Source: Burkholderiales bacterium
Lineage (GTDB): Bacteria; Pseudomonadota; Gammaproteobacteria; Burkholderiales; Burkholderiaceae_E
Reading direction: 5' to 3'
Assembly (NCBI GenBank): GCA_947463885.1
Contig: CANHUQ010000001.1
Location: forward strand, 1 to 56,765
DNA length: 56,765 bases
Shown: one piece after another, positions 29,751-39,154 of the stretch
How positions within the stretch are numbered: position 1 is the stretch's first letter
Layout: each line of letters begins with the position of its first letter
The notes under the pieces: generated by a model
Seen by the model: the letters and a program-made list of their open reading frames with translations, nothing else
Databases searched by the model: none
Told to the model about the DNA's origin: nothing
Translations under genes and position numbers: made by a program

Positions 29751-30926
29751 ATGCGAACTCATCGCCTCATGCAGGTCGCACCGACCTCGCTCCGTTCTTC
29801 CTTCGACGGCATTTCACAGCGCGACCACACCCCGCAGGGTGATGCGATCCGTGCCGCCACCGTTGACCGCTCCCACCTGGGCCGGTCGGTGCTTGCGCTG
29901 GCATTGACCGCAGCACTGGCTGGTTGCGGCGGCGCCGACACGAGCTCCTCGCTGCAAACCGTTGCGAATGCGCTCAACAGTGCCGCGACGGCACTCACCT
30001 CCGGCAACACCAGCACCACCGTGGCGGGTGCCATGACCGCAGCCTCTTCGGCTCTGGTTCCGGCGACCGCACCGACCCCCGCGCCCACCGGCAGCACCAC
30101 CGGCACGACAACCGGCAGCGCCACAGGTGCCACTGGGACCACGGGCTCGACCGGCACCGCCACTGGCGGCACCTCCGGTACAACGACCGGCACCACCGGG
30201 ACGGGCACCACCACGACCGCCCCGGTCAAGGTCAACTCGGTCGAGACCATCATCGACGATATGTCGCTGCCGCATGAGGGCACGCCGATCGCCTTTGCAG
30301 GATGGGGCACGCTCACCGGACCTGGCCTGGATTACGGCAACAACCCGCCCACCGACTGGGGCTACGCGTTGCCCTGGGGAGTCGTCTTCGTGGCCAAGGA
30401 AGGCAGCCAAGCGACCAACACCCGCGTCGAGATGCGCAACATGCGGATCTATGTGCTGAGCAAGCGCACCAACACCTGGCGCCAGATGGGCAGCTCGACC
30501 ACGGTCGATGGATCGTTCTATAACGAGGACTTCCGGCAGGGGAACGACATCAAGCCTGCCACGATGCGCACCGAGCCGGGCGGGGGCGTCTCCACCACGC
30601 CCGTGTGGCCGTACGCCTATCATTTCTGGTGCTGCGGCCGTCAGCCCTTCGATCGGGCCGACCTCGGCGGCGTGTATGCCACGTACCAGGCTCGCCTGGT
30701 GGTGAACGACACGAGCAAACCCGATGACCGTGCCAAAGCCCGTTTCCTGGCCTATACCGGCCTGGACTACTGGCGTGACCTCACTTCGGGATGGCAGCCA
30801 GGACAACCGCACAACGGCGAGGCCGGCCATGGCCGCATGAAGTACGTGACCAGCAACTGGCGTGCGATCAACATGACCACGGTGCCGGCCGCCACATTGC
30901 GGGCCAATCCGCCGCCGGTGGAATAA
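29751..30926 (+). CDS. lipoprotein of unknown family, Thr/Gly-rich linker + ~235-aa C-terminal domain (paralog A)
   Basis: Lipobox LTAALAGC-GG, then the linker GSTTGTTTGSATGATGTTGSTGTATGGTSGTTTGTTGTGTTTT. The C-terminal domain aligns with the next gene (VETIIDDM, LPWGVVF, TRVEMRNMRIYVLSKRTNTW, YQARLVVN, LRANPPP). Confidence 0.7.
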   Translation: MRTHRLMQVAPTSLRSSFDGISQRDHTPQGDAIRAATVDRSHLGRSVLALALTAALAGCGGADTSSSLQTVANALNSAATALTSGNTSTTVAGAMTAASSALVPATAPTPAPTGSTTGTTTGSATGATGTTGSTGTATGGTSGTTTGTTGTGTTTTAPVKVNSVETIIDDMSLPHEGTPIAFAGWGTLTGPGLDYGNNPPTDWGYALPWGVVFVAKEGSQATNTRVEMRNMRIYVLSKRTNTWRQMGSSTTVDGSFYNEDFRQGNDIKPATMRTEPGGGVSTTPVWPYAYHFWCCGRQPFDRADLGGVYATYQARLVVNDTSKPDDRAKARFLAYTGLDYWRDLTSGWQPGQPHNGEAGHGRMKYVTSNWRAINMTTVPAATLRANPPPVE

Positions 30927-31124
30927 GGCCTCGCCTCTCATCAGGCCTCAGGGCCGTCCTGAAGACCGGCCACAGGACAATCGGGGCGCCGCGCACGGTG
31001 GCGCCGCCCGCCCGGGCATACCGATTGCCTGATGGGTGGGGTCATGCTGACTCCACCCACTCCGAGCGGACCGCGCGGTTCACCCTGCGACGGTCCGCTG
31101 TCGCGTCCAGCGCCGCCGCAACGT

Positions 31125-32078
31125 ATGCCGCCCCACCGGCCGTCCCATCGGACATCCCGACTCCCCCGGGTGAGTACCCTGCTGTGGTCGCTCGCGCTGA
31201 TCGCCTGCGACAGTTCCGGCGTGCGATCAGCCACCGTAGCCGATGCGGGGTCGGGGTCGAACGCTGGCAGCGGCGTGAACGTGGCAGCGCCATTGAACAC
31301 CGTCGAGACGATCATCGCCGACATGCGCGAACTCAACGATCTGCCGCTCGCCGGCGTATCCAACTCCCCCGGCTGGGCACGCGGACCGGGCCACGTGGTC
31401 ATGGGCAACGATCCGCGTGGCAGTCGCACACCGGCTGCGTGGCGTCCGCGCGATCCACGCTTGAAGTCCGATGCCTGGTGGAATGCGCTGCTGCCCTGGC
31501 TGGTGGTGTTCGATGGGGTGGGTCACACCGCCACGCACACGCGCGTGCAGGTGCGGCACATGCGCACTTATGTGCTCAGTCGGCGCACTGGGCAGTGGCT
31601 GCGCATCGGGGCCGATGCCACGATCGATGGCGAGCTGTACCCGAAGACCCTGACGGGCGCACCGATGTCCAGCGCAGATTTGCGTCAGGAGCCGGACGGT
31701 TCGACATCGATCGGCGTGCCCGGCGGTGACCGGGTCTTTCATGGATGGAGCGGTGCCCGCCAGCAGATCGATCCTGCCGACGTGATGGCAGTGCATGTGA
31801 CGCTGCAGGCACGGCTGATGGTCAATCGTCTTGACGACCGGGACCAGGCCAAACTGCTGATCCAAGTGGGCGCAGACTACTACCCCGATCGCAACACCAG
31901 CACATCGGCCTTTGCGCCCGAGACCTACAACCCCGGGGTGGGGCTGTCTCGCGCCAAGCGGGTCTCCAATGCCTGGCAGGCCTTCAACTTCACCACGATC
32001 GATGTCGCGGTGCAGGACCCGGGTGGTGCAACCATCAGCGTGGCCGCGCTGCGTGCCCTGCCCCCGCCGCTTCAGTGA
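31125..32078 (+). CDS. lipoprotein of unknown family (paralog B)
   Basis: ATG 31125: MPPHRPSHRTSRLPRVSTLLWSLALIAC-DS (lipobox, Asp at +2). The domain shares VETIIADM, LPWLVVF, TRVQVRHMRTYVLSRRTGQW, LQARLMVN, LRALPPP with paralog A. Confidence 0.7.
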   Translation: MPPHRPSHRTSRLPRVSTLLWSLALIACDSSGVRSATVADAGSGSNAGSGVNVAAPLNTVETIIADMRELNDLPLAGVSNSPGWARGPGHVVMGNDPRGSRTPAAWRPRDPRLKSDAWWNALLPWLVVFDGVGHTATHTRVQVRHMRTYVLSRRTGQWLRIGADATIDGELYPKTLTGAPMSSADLRQEPDGSTSIGVPGGDRVFHGWSGARQQIDPADVMAVHVTLQARLMVNRLDDRDQAKLLIQVGADYYPDRNTSTSAFAPETYNPGVGLSRAKRVSNAWQAFNFTTIDVAVQDPGGATISVAALRALPPPLQ

Positions 32079-33189
32079 CCGCAGCACGCGGCAACCACTG
32101 TCGCAACATCAGCTCATAGCTCCCCAGCACTGCACTCCAGCTCAGCCCGGCTTCAAACCGTTGCACACTGGCTACGCGCATCGCAGCCAGTGCCTCTTGA
32201 TGCTGCGCCAGGCTGACCAGCACCCGATCGATGTCGTCGGCATCGCGAAAATACCGGGCGCCTTCACCTGCGACCCATCGGTTGAACCGGTTGTCGTGCG
32301 CGATGACCGCGTTGCCTGCGCCCAGTGCCTCCACGAGCGACGGATTAGTCCCGCCGACCTGGTGACCATGCACGTAAGCCGCGCAGTGCACACGCAATGC
32401 GCGAACCACATCGCGGTCATAGATCGCACCGGCAAACACCACTTCCTGGCTGGCCGCGGCTTTCACGGCACGGTGATAGGGCTGGGCATCGTCATAGTGG
32501 CCCAGCACCAGCAGCTTCTGGCCACGCGGGCGTCGCGAAAATCCCTGCACGACTTCCAGAATGGAATTCTCGGGCTCGGGGCGCGCCACCACAGTGAGAT
32601 AACGGCCCGGCTCCAAACCCAGGGCACGCACCGGTGCCTGCGGGGCATCGGTCACACGATCGGCGCCATAGGCAATGGTGCTGAGCTTGCCGGCGCAGCC
32701 ATGGCGAGCGTTCAAATGCGCAGCAATCTCGGGATGGTCTGCAATCAGATGATGCCCCAGCCGGCATCCTGCCGCCTCGTTCAGGCGAAACCAGGTGCGT
32801 GCGACGGGTCCCCATTTGGCGCGCGCCCATTCAATACCATCCATGTTGATCACGTTGGGCACATGCGCGGCCCTGAGCAGCGCGCAGAACACCGCCGTGT
32901 TGTAGCCCAGCGTGAGGCACAAGTCCCGCGCGCGCGCCGCGTGCATGGTGGCCTTCCAGTCGAAGACGATGGTCGCAGCCGGCCCCTGGGCGGCCACCGG
33001 AATGGTGACGCGCTCCACGCCCTGCCAAGTGTCCAGGCGCATCGGGCCCGCACCGACTTCCTGGCCATAGACCACTACACGCCAACCGCGCGCCACCAAA
33101 TAGAGCGCCAGTCGCTCGGCAAAAGTCTCAAAACCCCCATGGGCTGCAGGCACGCCACGGGTTCCCAAAATGCGCAGGCAGGGTTTCAT
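32035..33189 (-). CDS. glycosyltransferase, DUF1972 N-terminal domain + GT1/GT4 C-terminal domain (rhamnosyltransferase-like)
   Basis: ILGTRGVPAAHGGFETFAERLALYLVARGWRVVVYG is the DUF1972 signature. It is the last gene of the minus-strand EPS operon. Confidence 0.75.
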   Translation of the reverse strand: MKPCLRILGTRGVPAAHGGFETFAERLALYLVARGWRVVVYGQEVGAGPMRLDTWQGVERVTIPVAAQGPAATIVFDWKATMHAARARDLCLTLGYNTAVFCALLRAAHVPNVINMDGIEWARAKWGPVARTWFRLNEAAGCRLGHHLIADHPEIAAHLNARHGCAGKLSTIAYGADRVTDAPQAPVRALGLEPGRYLTVVARPEPENSILEVVQGFSRRPRGQKLLVLGHYDDAQPYHRAVKAAASQEVVFAGAIYDRDVVRALRVHCAAYVHGHQVGGTNPSLVEALGAGNAVIAHDNRFNRWVAGEGARYFRDADDIDRVLVSLAQHQEALAAMRVASVQRFEAGLSWSAVLGSYELMLRQWLPRAAVTEAAGAGHAARPR

Positions 33190-33190
33190 G

Positions 33191-34537
33191 TCAGCGACTC
33201 ACTCCAAGTTCGGCATACAGGTCGAGCATCGCGCGCAAATAGCCGGCCCGGTGAAAGTGCTGCACCACATGTGCGCGGGCGGCGCGGCCCATGTCGGCTA
33301 CGCGCGCATCAGGCAATGCACTCACACGCGTCAGCGCCGTGGCCAATGCGTCGGCGTCACCGCTGGGGAAGACCCAGCCGTTGTGATCCGGTTCGATCAA
33401 CTCGGGAATACCGCCGATGTCAGCGCCGATCACAGGCTTGCCCAGCGCAAAGCTCTCGAGCACGCTCATGGGTGCGTTCTCGTACCACTCCGATGGCAGC
33501 ACCACCGCTCGGGCACCGCGGATGAGCGCATGCAACGCGTCGCCCGACTGAAAGCCCATGAATTGCGCGTGTTGACCCAGCTGTGCATCGATCTCGCGCA
33601 AGCGCGCCTCGTGGGGGCCGCTGCCGGCAATGCGCAGCGGCACACCGGCTTGCGCCGCCGCCCGCAGCAGCGTGCCCACCCCCTTTTCGGGCGCAAGGCG
33701 CCCGAAATACAGGAAGTAGTCACCCGGCTCGCATCGCGGCACGAAGCGCTTCGCATCCACGCAGTTCGGGATGTATCGGAACTGTTCGCGTGGCCAACCC
33801 CACTCAACGAATTTTTCGAGAAAGAACCGGCTGGGTGCGACGATGCAATTGACCTGCCGCCGATAGGTACCCAGCAGTCCGTGCAAGCCACTCTCGGCTG
33901 CTACCACCGCACTGGCCGACAGCGACTCGCGCACACAGCGATAGCGGATGACATTGAGCACTGAGCCATCGCGGCAACGCTCGCACACGCCGGTCTCGTT
34001 GAGCATCTTGTAGGCCGGACAGGCGATCTTCAGGTCATGCGCGGTCAGCACCACCGGAATGCCGCGCTCACGCAGCACCGGCAGCACAGCCGGCGACAAG
34101 TGGTGATACAGGCAATGCACATGCGCCACATCGGGGCGATACACATCGAGCAGCGCGCGCAGCTTGCGTCGGGCTTCGAATGAATAGATCACCTTACCGG
34201 CCATCAGCAGCTTTTTCCACGCGCTGTAGTGGTGACCGAACTCCAGTTCATCCACGAAGTAATCGGACCACTCGCTGGCCAGATTGCGCGGGTGATGCAT
34301 GGAGAAAAAGGCATTGTCCCAACCCTGGTCGCCCATCAGCGCGGCATGCTGGAAATACACCTGATCCGACCCGCCGCGGGGATAGTGGTAATTGTTGATG
34401 CTGAGCAATCGGGGCGCGCCCGCGGGGCGTCGATGCCCTGTCGGATTCGATAACGGCCTCGATGTTGGACTCGATGTTGGACTCGATGTTGGACTCGATG
34501 TTGGGCTCGATGTCAGGCTCGATGAACGGTGCAGCAT
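33191..34537 (-). CDS. GT4 family glycosyltransferase with N-terminal (SSPT)n repeat
   Basis: GT-B fold with the E-x7-E region (PSEWYENAPMSVLESFALGKPVI). ATG 34537 shares one base with the Wzx stop (TGATG). The N-terminus reads MLHRSSSLTSSPTSSPTSSPTSSPTSRP. Confidence 0.8.
   Translation of the reverse strand: MLHRSSSLTSSPTSSPTSSPTSSPTSRPLSNPTGHRRPAGAPRLLSINNYHYPRGGSDQVYFQHAALMGDQGWDNAFFSMHHPRNLASEWSDYFVDELEFGHHYSAWKKLLMAGKVIYSFEARRKLRALLDVYRPDVAHVHCLYHHLSPAVLPVLRERGIPVVLTAHDLKIACPAYKMLNETGVCERCRDGSVLNVIRYRCVRESLSASAVVAAESGLHGLLGTYRRQVNCIVAPSRFFLEKFVEWGWPREQFRYIPNCVDAKRFVPRCEPGDYFLYFGRLAPEKGVGTLLRAAAQAGVPLRIAGSGPHEARLREIDAQLGQHAQFMGFQSGDALHALIRGARAVVLPSEWYENAPMSVLESFALGKPVIGADIGGIPELIEPDHNGWVFPSGDADALATALTRVSALPDARVADMGRAARAHVVQHFHRAGYLRAMLDLYAELGVSR
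34459..34530. repeat. 12-bp tandem repeat (3 perfect + 3 degenerate copies) encoding (SSPT)n
   Basis: Plus strand CTCGATGTTGGA x3, then CTCGATGTTGGG, CTCGATGTCAGG, CTCGATGAACGG. Confidence 0.85.
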
Positions 34538-36204
34538 CAAGACGGTTGCTCCTCGGGATCGGGCTGAAGTCGGATGAGCAGGGTGTCGCCGGGTGCGATC
34601 ACCTTGAACCCACGCAGCGCCGCAACGAACGCCACAAGCGCTGCCAGCGTGCCCAGGCCAGCGGCGATCGGCGGTTGTGCCAGCAGATCCAGCGCATGCA
34701 GAGCCCAAGACATGGACCAAGACGTGGACCAAGACGTGGACCACGACATGGCCTCAAGCCATGGCGTGACAGCAGGAGCCGTGCCTGTGCACAGCGCGCG
34801 CATCGCCCAGCCCGCGGCGCTCGCCAGCACCATCGTCCACACCAGCCGCTGCCAGCGCGTGAGGCTGAACTGCACGGGATCACCCAGCGCCCGCAGACCA
34901 TGAACCGCCACCGCGATAAACACTCCATCCGTGATCAGCACAGCGATGGGCGCACCGTGCGGGACCCCGGTGTGCGTCAGGAGCAGCACGGAAAGCGGCA
35001 CCGCCAACAGGCATGCAAAGGCCGCACGGGCGAATCGGGCCGAGTGGCCCAGCGTATAGGCCATCAGTTCGGTACCGCGACGCACCGTGTGGCCAGCCAG
35101 CAGCGGCACGAGGCACACCAGCAGCCAGCCTGCGTCATGCACCTTGCCGCGTGACAACATCTGCACCAGCACATCACCCGCGACGACGCTGGCGGTGAGC
35201 ACACCAGCCACCGCGATCAGATTGGCATCGATCATGCGGTTGCAGTCCTGCATGAGCCTGCGCGCATCGCGTCCGCCTGATTCATAACGACCGATAGCTG
35301 CAGGCCGCACCACGCCCCAGAAGAGGTCCATGGGCAGATAGCGACGCGCGGTCTCAAGCAGTCGCACCACGAAGCCGAAACTGGCAGTGGCCTCCACACC
35401 CAGGTGACGCGCCACCAGCGTGGTCATCACATCGGTGCCGATCAGCAGCATCAGCACAATGCTCACGTAGGCATGGACCGCAAAGCGCACTGAAGGCCAC
35501 CCGACCCAGGCGGCGATCGACGGGTCCTGGCCCGCAGCACGCCCCCGCAGATGCCAGCCCAGCCCGACGATGGCCACAATCAACGCCAGGGCGGCCACAG
35601 CGATCTCGATGCGCAGCACCGTAGCGGCCTGCAGCGGCTCGCCCGGTGCTAGCCACGCGACACTCACATAGACCCCCGCGCAGGTGCCGACCACACGGAC
35701 CACCTGCGAGACCTGCGCAATGCGCTGCAGCAGCAGCACCGCCATCAGGCTGTCGCGCAGCACACGTGCCGGGCCCTCGAGCGCCAGCAGGATGCCTGCA
35801 AGTTGCAGCACAGCAACCGGGGCCACCCCGCCCAGCCAAGCTGAAACATGGTCAGCGAGTGTCCACAGCAAGGCGCCGGCCGCGGCATAGGTCACGCAAG
35901 GCAGTGCGCCAAGCCGAAGCACTGCACGGCGCAACTGCGCCGCATTGCCTCGCACCTGAATGCCCGCCAGAGCCGTCTGCATCACCCACTCGACACCGAA
36001 GGTACCCAGCACGACGCCGATCTCCAGCAAGGCTACCGCCGACACATAGGCCGCGTATTGCTCGCGCGGCATGAGCGCAGCCAGCAGCAGCACGAGCAGC
36101 AACGACAGCGGCGCCGTGATGGCCTTGCCGATCGAATAGGCCACCAGGCTCGAGCGCACACGCCCAATGCCATACGGCGCAGCGCGTGAGGTGCCCGGAC
36201 TCAA
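34537..36204 (-). CDS. wzx: Wzx-type polysaccharide flippase (MOP/PST superfamily) with C-terminal SWST repeat and extra TM tail
   Basis: 555 aa, about 12-14 predicted hydrophobic helices, typical basic loop pattern. The TTG start at 36204 overlaps the upstream stop (TTGA); the start is uncertain. Confidence 0.7.
   Translation of the reverse strand: MSPGTSRAAPYGIGRVRSSLVAYSIGKAITAPLSLLLVLLLAALMPREQYAAYVSAVALLEIGVVLGTFGVEWVMQTALAGIQVRGNAAQLRRAVLRLGALPCVTYAAAGALLWTLADHVSAWLGGVAPVAVLQLAGILLALEGPARVLRDSLMAVLLLQRIAQVSQVVRVVGTCAGVYVSVAWLAPGEPLQAATVLRIEIAVAALALIVAIVGLGWHLRGRAAGQDPSIAAWVGWPSVRFAVHAYVSIVLMLLIGTDVMTTLVARHLGVEATASFGFVVRLLETARRYLPMDLFWGVVRPAAIGRYESGGRDARRLMQDCNRMIDANLIAVAGVLTASVVAGDVLVQMLSRGKVHDAGWLLVCLVPLLAGHTVRRGTELMAYTLGHSARFARAAFACLLAVPLSVLLLTHTGVPHGAPIAVLITDGVFIAVAVHGLRALGDPVQFSLTRWQRLVWTMVLASAAGWAMRALCTGTAPAVTPWLEAMSWSTSWSTSWSMSWALHALDLLAQPPIAAGLGTLAALVAFVAALRGFKVIAPGDTLLIRLQPDPEEQPS
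34705..34752. repeat. 12-bp tandem repeat (4 copies) encoding MSWSTSWSTSWSMSW in the flippase tail
   Basis: Plus strand CCAAGACATGGA, CCAAGACGTGGA, CCAAGACGTGGA, CCACGACATGGC. Confidence 0.85.
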
Positions 36205-37538
36205 GAGGGCTCGCCCGATGGTCCGGCCACAGGGGATCGGCAGGCACTGACGTGAGTGCGGGCCACGGCGTGCAGCTGCGCACAGACCTGTTGAGCGATG
36301 ACGTCGTAGCCGCGATGGCGCCCCACCCAGTCACGCGCCGCCAAGGCCTGCCGCGCGCGCTCCACCGGATCGGCATCAAGCAGTTCAAGGATCGCCTCGG
36401 CAAAGGCCTGGGCCTCGAAGGCCACCACCCGTCCGCCGCCGCTGGCGCGCACCACATGTGCCTGATCGGGCTGGTCATTACAGACCACGGCCAGCCCGCA
36501 GGCGATGTATTCGACTGCCTTGGTGGGCGAGCCCACTTCGGTGAGCGGCGTACGCGGCACCGGCGAGACACCGATCTGCGCGCGACGCGCGAGGGCCAGC
36601 GCCTGTTGCGGTGGCAGCCGACCGGTGAAGTGCATCCAGGGCAATGCGCCGGCGCGTTCGGCGGCCTTGCGTAGGGCCCCGACATCGGCCGGTTCATCGG
36701 CCTCGCCGATCACCAGCAAACGGAAGTCCGGGCGTCGGCTGGCCACTGCAAGCGTGGCATCGATCAGCATCTCCAGGCCGCGCGCGCGATCGAGCGTGCC
36801 GAGGTACACCGCCCAGGGCGCAGGGTTCGGCGCGACCGACGAGGTCTGCGCCGTGCTGTCGATCAAGCCCTTCGGCAGGATGGCCGCAGGCTCAGGCAGA
36901 TGCGTCAGGTCGACGCCCATGGGGACGGCGCTGGCACGCGCATGCTGCAGCGGCCCGGCACGCAAGCCATCAAGCATCGCCTGCGACTGCACGAAGAGCC
37001 AATCGGCGCGTGGCACCAGCACACGCGCCAGGATCTGCTGACCGAGTGTTCCCCGACAGCGCAACCAGAGCCTGCGCACCCGCGACACCGGCGCATCACG
37101 CCGTGCAGCGAGCCACAGGTAGTGCTCGGGCAGCGGATACGACATCCAGTAGCAAAAAGGCACGCCCGCCCTGCGCGCGGCCAGCCAGCCGATGACACCC
37201 AGCACCGGCTTGTCGCGCACGATCAGCAGGTCGCACCCCTGTCGACACAAGGCAAAGAGCTGCCACTGCTGCAGGAAGTCGAGCACCGGCGCAGGGACAT
37301 GCCCGCGCACGCGACGCAGATGAGCGCGGCCTGCAGTCCAGGTGGAGGGAGCATCTGCGTCCGCTGGCGCGCCGGGCGATGTACGATCGACCACGAGCTC
37401 TGTGCTGCCCAGCGCCAGCAGATCGACCTGCACGCCCAGGGCTGGCAGCATCCGCCCGAACAGCACCGCCACATCCGGGCGATGCGTGGGATGCGACTCG
37501 GCCGTGGCGAGCAGGACCCGCAGTGACGACAACGTCAT
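36201..37538 (-). CDS. GT4 family glycosyltransferase
   Basis: MTLSSLRVLLATAESHPTHRPDV..., C-terminal FTGRLPPQQALALARRAQIGVSPVP...GSPTKAVEYIACGLAVV. ATG 37538 overlaps the Wzy stop (ATGA). Confidence 0.8.
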   Translation of the reverse strand: MTLSSLRVLLATAESHPTHRPDVAVLFGRMLPALGVQVDLLALGSTELVVDRTSPGAPADADAPSTWTAGRAHLRRVRGHVPAPVLDFLQQWQLFALCRQGCDLLIVRDKPVLGVIGWLAARRAGVPFCYWMSYPLPEHYLWLAARRDAPVSRVRRLWLRCRGTLGQQILARVLVPRADWLFVQSQAMLDGLRAGPLQHARASAVPMGVDLTHLPEPAAILPKGLIDSTAQTSSVAPNPAPWAVYLGTLDRARGLEMLIDATLAVASRRPDFRLLVIGEADEPADVGALRKAAERAGALPWMHFTGRLPPQQALALARRAQIGVSPVPRTPLTEVGSPTKAVEYIACGLAVVCNDQPDQAHVVRASGGGRVVAFEAQAFAEAILELLDADPVERARQALAARDWVGRHRGYDVIAQQVCAQLHAVARTHVSACRSPVAGPSGEPS

Positions 37539-39142
37539 GCGGCACCTGCAGGCACGCGGCGCCAGCGCCAGGCAATCAGACCCAGGATCGTGGCCATGAT
37601 CACCTGCAGACTCGCTGCCAGCATCAACAGGTCCATCGCCAACCACATCGGCACGATCAGCAGCACCGCGGCACGCAAGCTGCGGCACAGGGCGCGATCG
37701 GCCCCGGGCGCCGCCTGCTGCACCAGGCGGCCGGCGGCGCGCCAGGCCCCCACCAGCATCGCCACAAACAGCGTGACGCCAAACAGGCCGATCTCCCAAA
37801 GCTGGGTCGCCAGGGCCGTCAGACCAATGGAGTAGCCGGGATAGCGCCGGTCGATGTGACCGAGCCGCTCACTGCCGCGCGAGCCGTGTGCCGAGCCCAG
37901 GCCATGTCCGAACACGGTGCCCAACGGATCATTCAGGCCATGGCGACTCCACCAGAACGGCACCACGTTGCCGCGGTTCAGGCTCGCACCGCCGAAATAG
38001 CCGCGCTGCCCCACGTTGTATTCGAGGTTCTGCTCGAAGCGCTGGCGAAAGCTCATGCCTGTGCGCCCGTTGTCTACCTGCAGCGCCACGTACGAATAGA
38101 ACAGCGCGGACACCAGCACGAGCGTGACCAGCGCACCCGCGACAAACGCGAAGGGTCGGCGACGCGCAGCATCGGCATACAGCACGCCCAGCCCCAACGG
38201 CAGCAAGACCAGCACCATCTTGGTCTCGCCCAGGGCAATTGGCGCGACCACCATCAGCACCAGGGGCCACAGCCACCGGTCGCGGATCAGCCCTTCGCGC
38301 CGCGCCGCCAAGAGGCCGATCAGGATGCACACCAGAAACAGCGCCATCACGTTGTCGTTGGCACCGCCCGTGATCGAGCCCTCGAAGGTGCCGGCCACGA
38401 TGTCCACCGGCACGACCTCATTGGGCATGTTCATGCGCAGCGGCACGAGCACGATGCGCTGGTACAGCGCAAACGGCAGTTGCAGTACGGCCAACAGCAG
38501 CACGAAGCGCAACCAGCCGCGCACCTGCTGCACGGTGAACGGCACCGCTGCAAAGGCGAACATCACGCCCCAGTACTGATACTGACGCTTGAGGGCACTG
38601 ACGCCTTCATCGATCGGGCCGGCACTGAAAGCCACGCTCGCCACGGCGTACACCATGGCCAGCACCGCCAGCATGACGAACCCGGGCACCGGTGGGCGCA
38701 ACCCGCGCACGGCCGTGCGCCCCGGTGTCGCCAGGCCGACGCGCGCAGTCCCCGCGTGCAGGACGGCCACGACGATCAGGAACAGGCCCAGCATCGAAAA
38801 CAGCCACGCCAGGCGGGCGAACTGGGGCTGATGCATGACCAGCGGCCCTGTGATTGCGAGGGTGCCCACCAGCACGATCCACACCACCAGCGCCGGCGCA
38901 TTGAGCAACAGCACACCCAGGATCGTGCCCAGCACCAGACCGCTGGCCACCAGATTGCCCGTGGCCATCACCGCAGCGCCCAGGCTCGCCGCCAGGGCAA
39001 AACCCAGGACGGTCGCCAGCGTGCCCAGGCCGGGCAAGGCGTCGCGCAGGCTGGCCCATCGGCTCAACAGCCAGCCCTGCAGCCGGGCTGCGCCCCGCAC
39101 GGTCGCATTCGGTGCGCCGTGCACCCCTTGCAAAGACAGCAT
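37535..39142 (-). CDS. Wzy-type polymerase / O-antigen-ligase-like integral membrane protein
   Basis: 535 aa, more than 10 hydrophobic helices with one larger loop. Positioned between the BY-kinase and a GT in a Wzx/Wzy-type operon. The call rests on topology and context. Confidence 0.6.
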   Translation of the reverse strand: MLSLQGVHGAPNATVRGAARLQGWLLSRWASLRDALPGLGTLATVLGFALAASLGAAVMATGNLVASGLVLGTILGVLLLNAPALVVWIVLVGTLAITGPLVMHQPQFARLAWLFSMLGLFLIVVAVLHAGTARVGLATPGRTAVRGLRPPVPGFVMLAVLAMVYAVASVAFSAGPIDEGVSALKRQYQYWGVMFAFAAVPFTVQQVRGWLRFVLLLAVLQLPFALYQRIVLVPLRMNMPNEVVPVDIVAGTFEGSITGGANDNVMALFLVCILIGLLAARREGLIRDRWLWPLVLMVVAPIALGETKMVLVLLPLGLGVLYADAARRRPFAFVAGALVTLVLVSALFYSYVALQVDNGRTGMSFRQRFEQNLEYNVGQRGYFGGASLNRGNVVPFWWSRHGLNDPLGTVFGHGLGSAHGSRGSERLGHIDRRYPGYSIGLTALATQLWEIGLFGVTLFVAMLVGAWRAAGRLVQQAAPGADRALCRSLRAAVLLIVPMWLAMDLLMLAASLQVIMATILGLIAWRWRRVPAGAA

Positions 39143-39154
39143 CGTGTGCCCCGA

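Noticed and set aside
29751-32078. Possibility that the two lipoproteins are PEP-CTERM/exosortase substrates, or S-layer or autotransporter proteins.
   Set aside because: The C-termini (…LRANPPPVE, …LRALPPPLQ) lack the PEP motif followed by a TM helix and Arg cluster. There is no beta-barrel-like C-terminal domain and no repeats beyond the Thr/Gly linker.
34459-34752. Whether the tandem repeats here and at 22383, 26331, 41807 and 56583 could be CRISPR arrays.
   Set aside because: The units are 7-15 bp and directly abutting, with no unique spacers. There are no cas genes in the window. They are microsatellite/minisatellite repeats.
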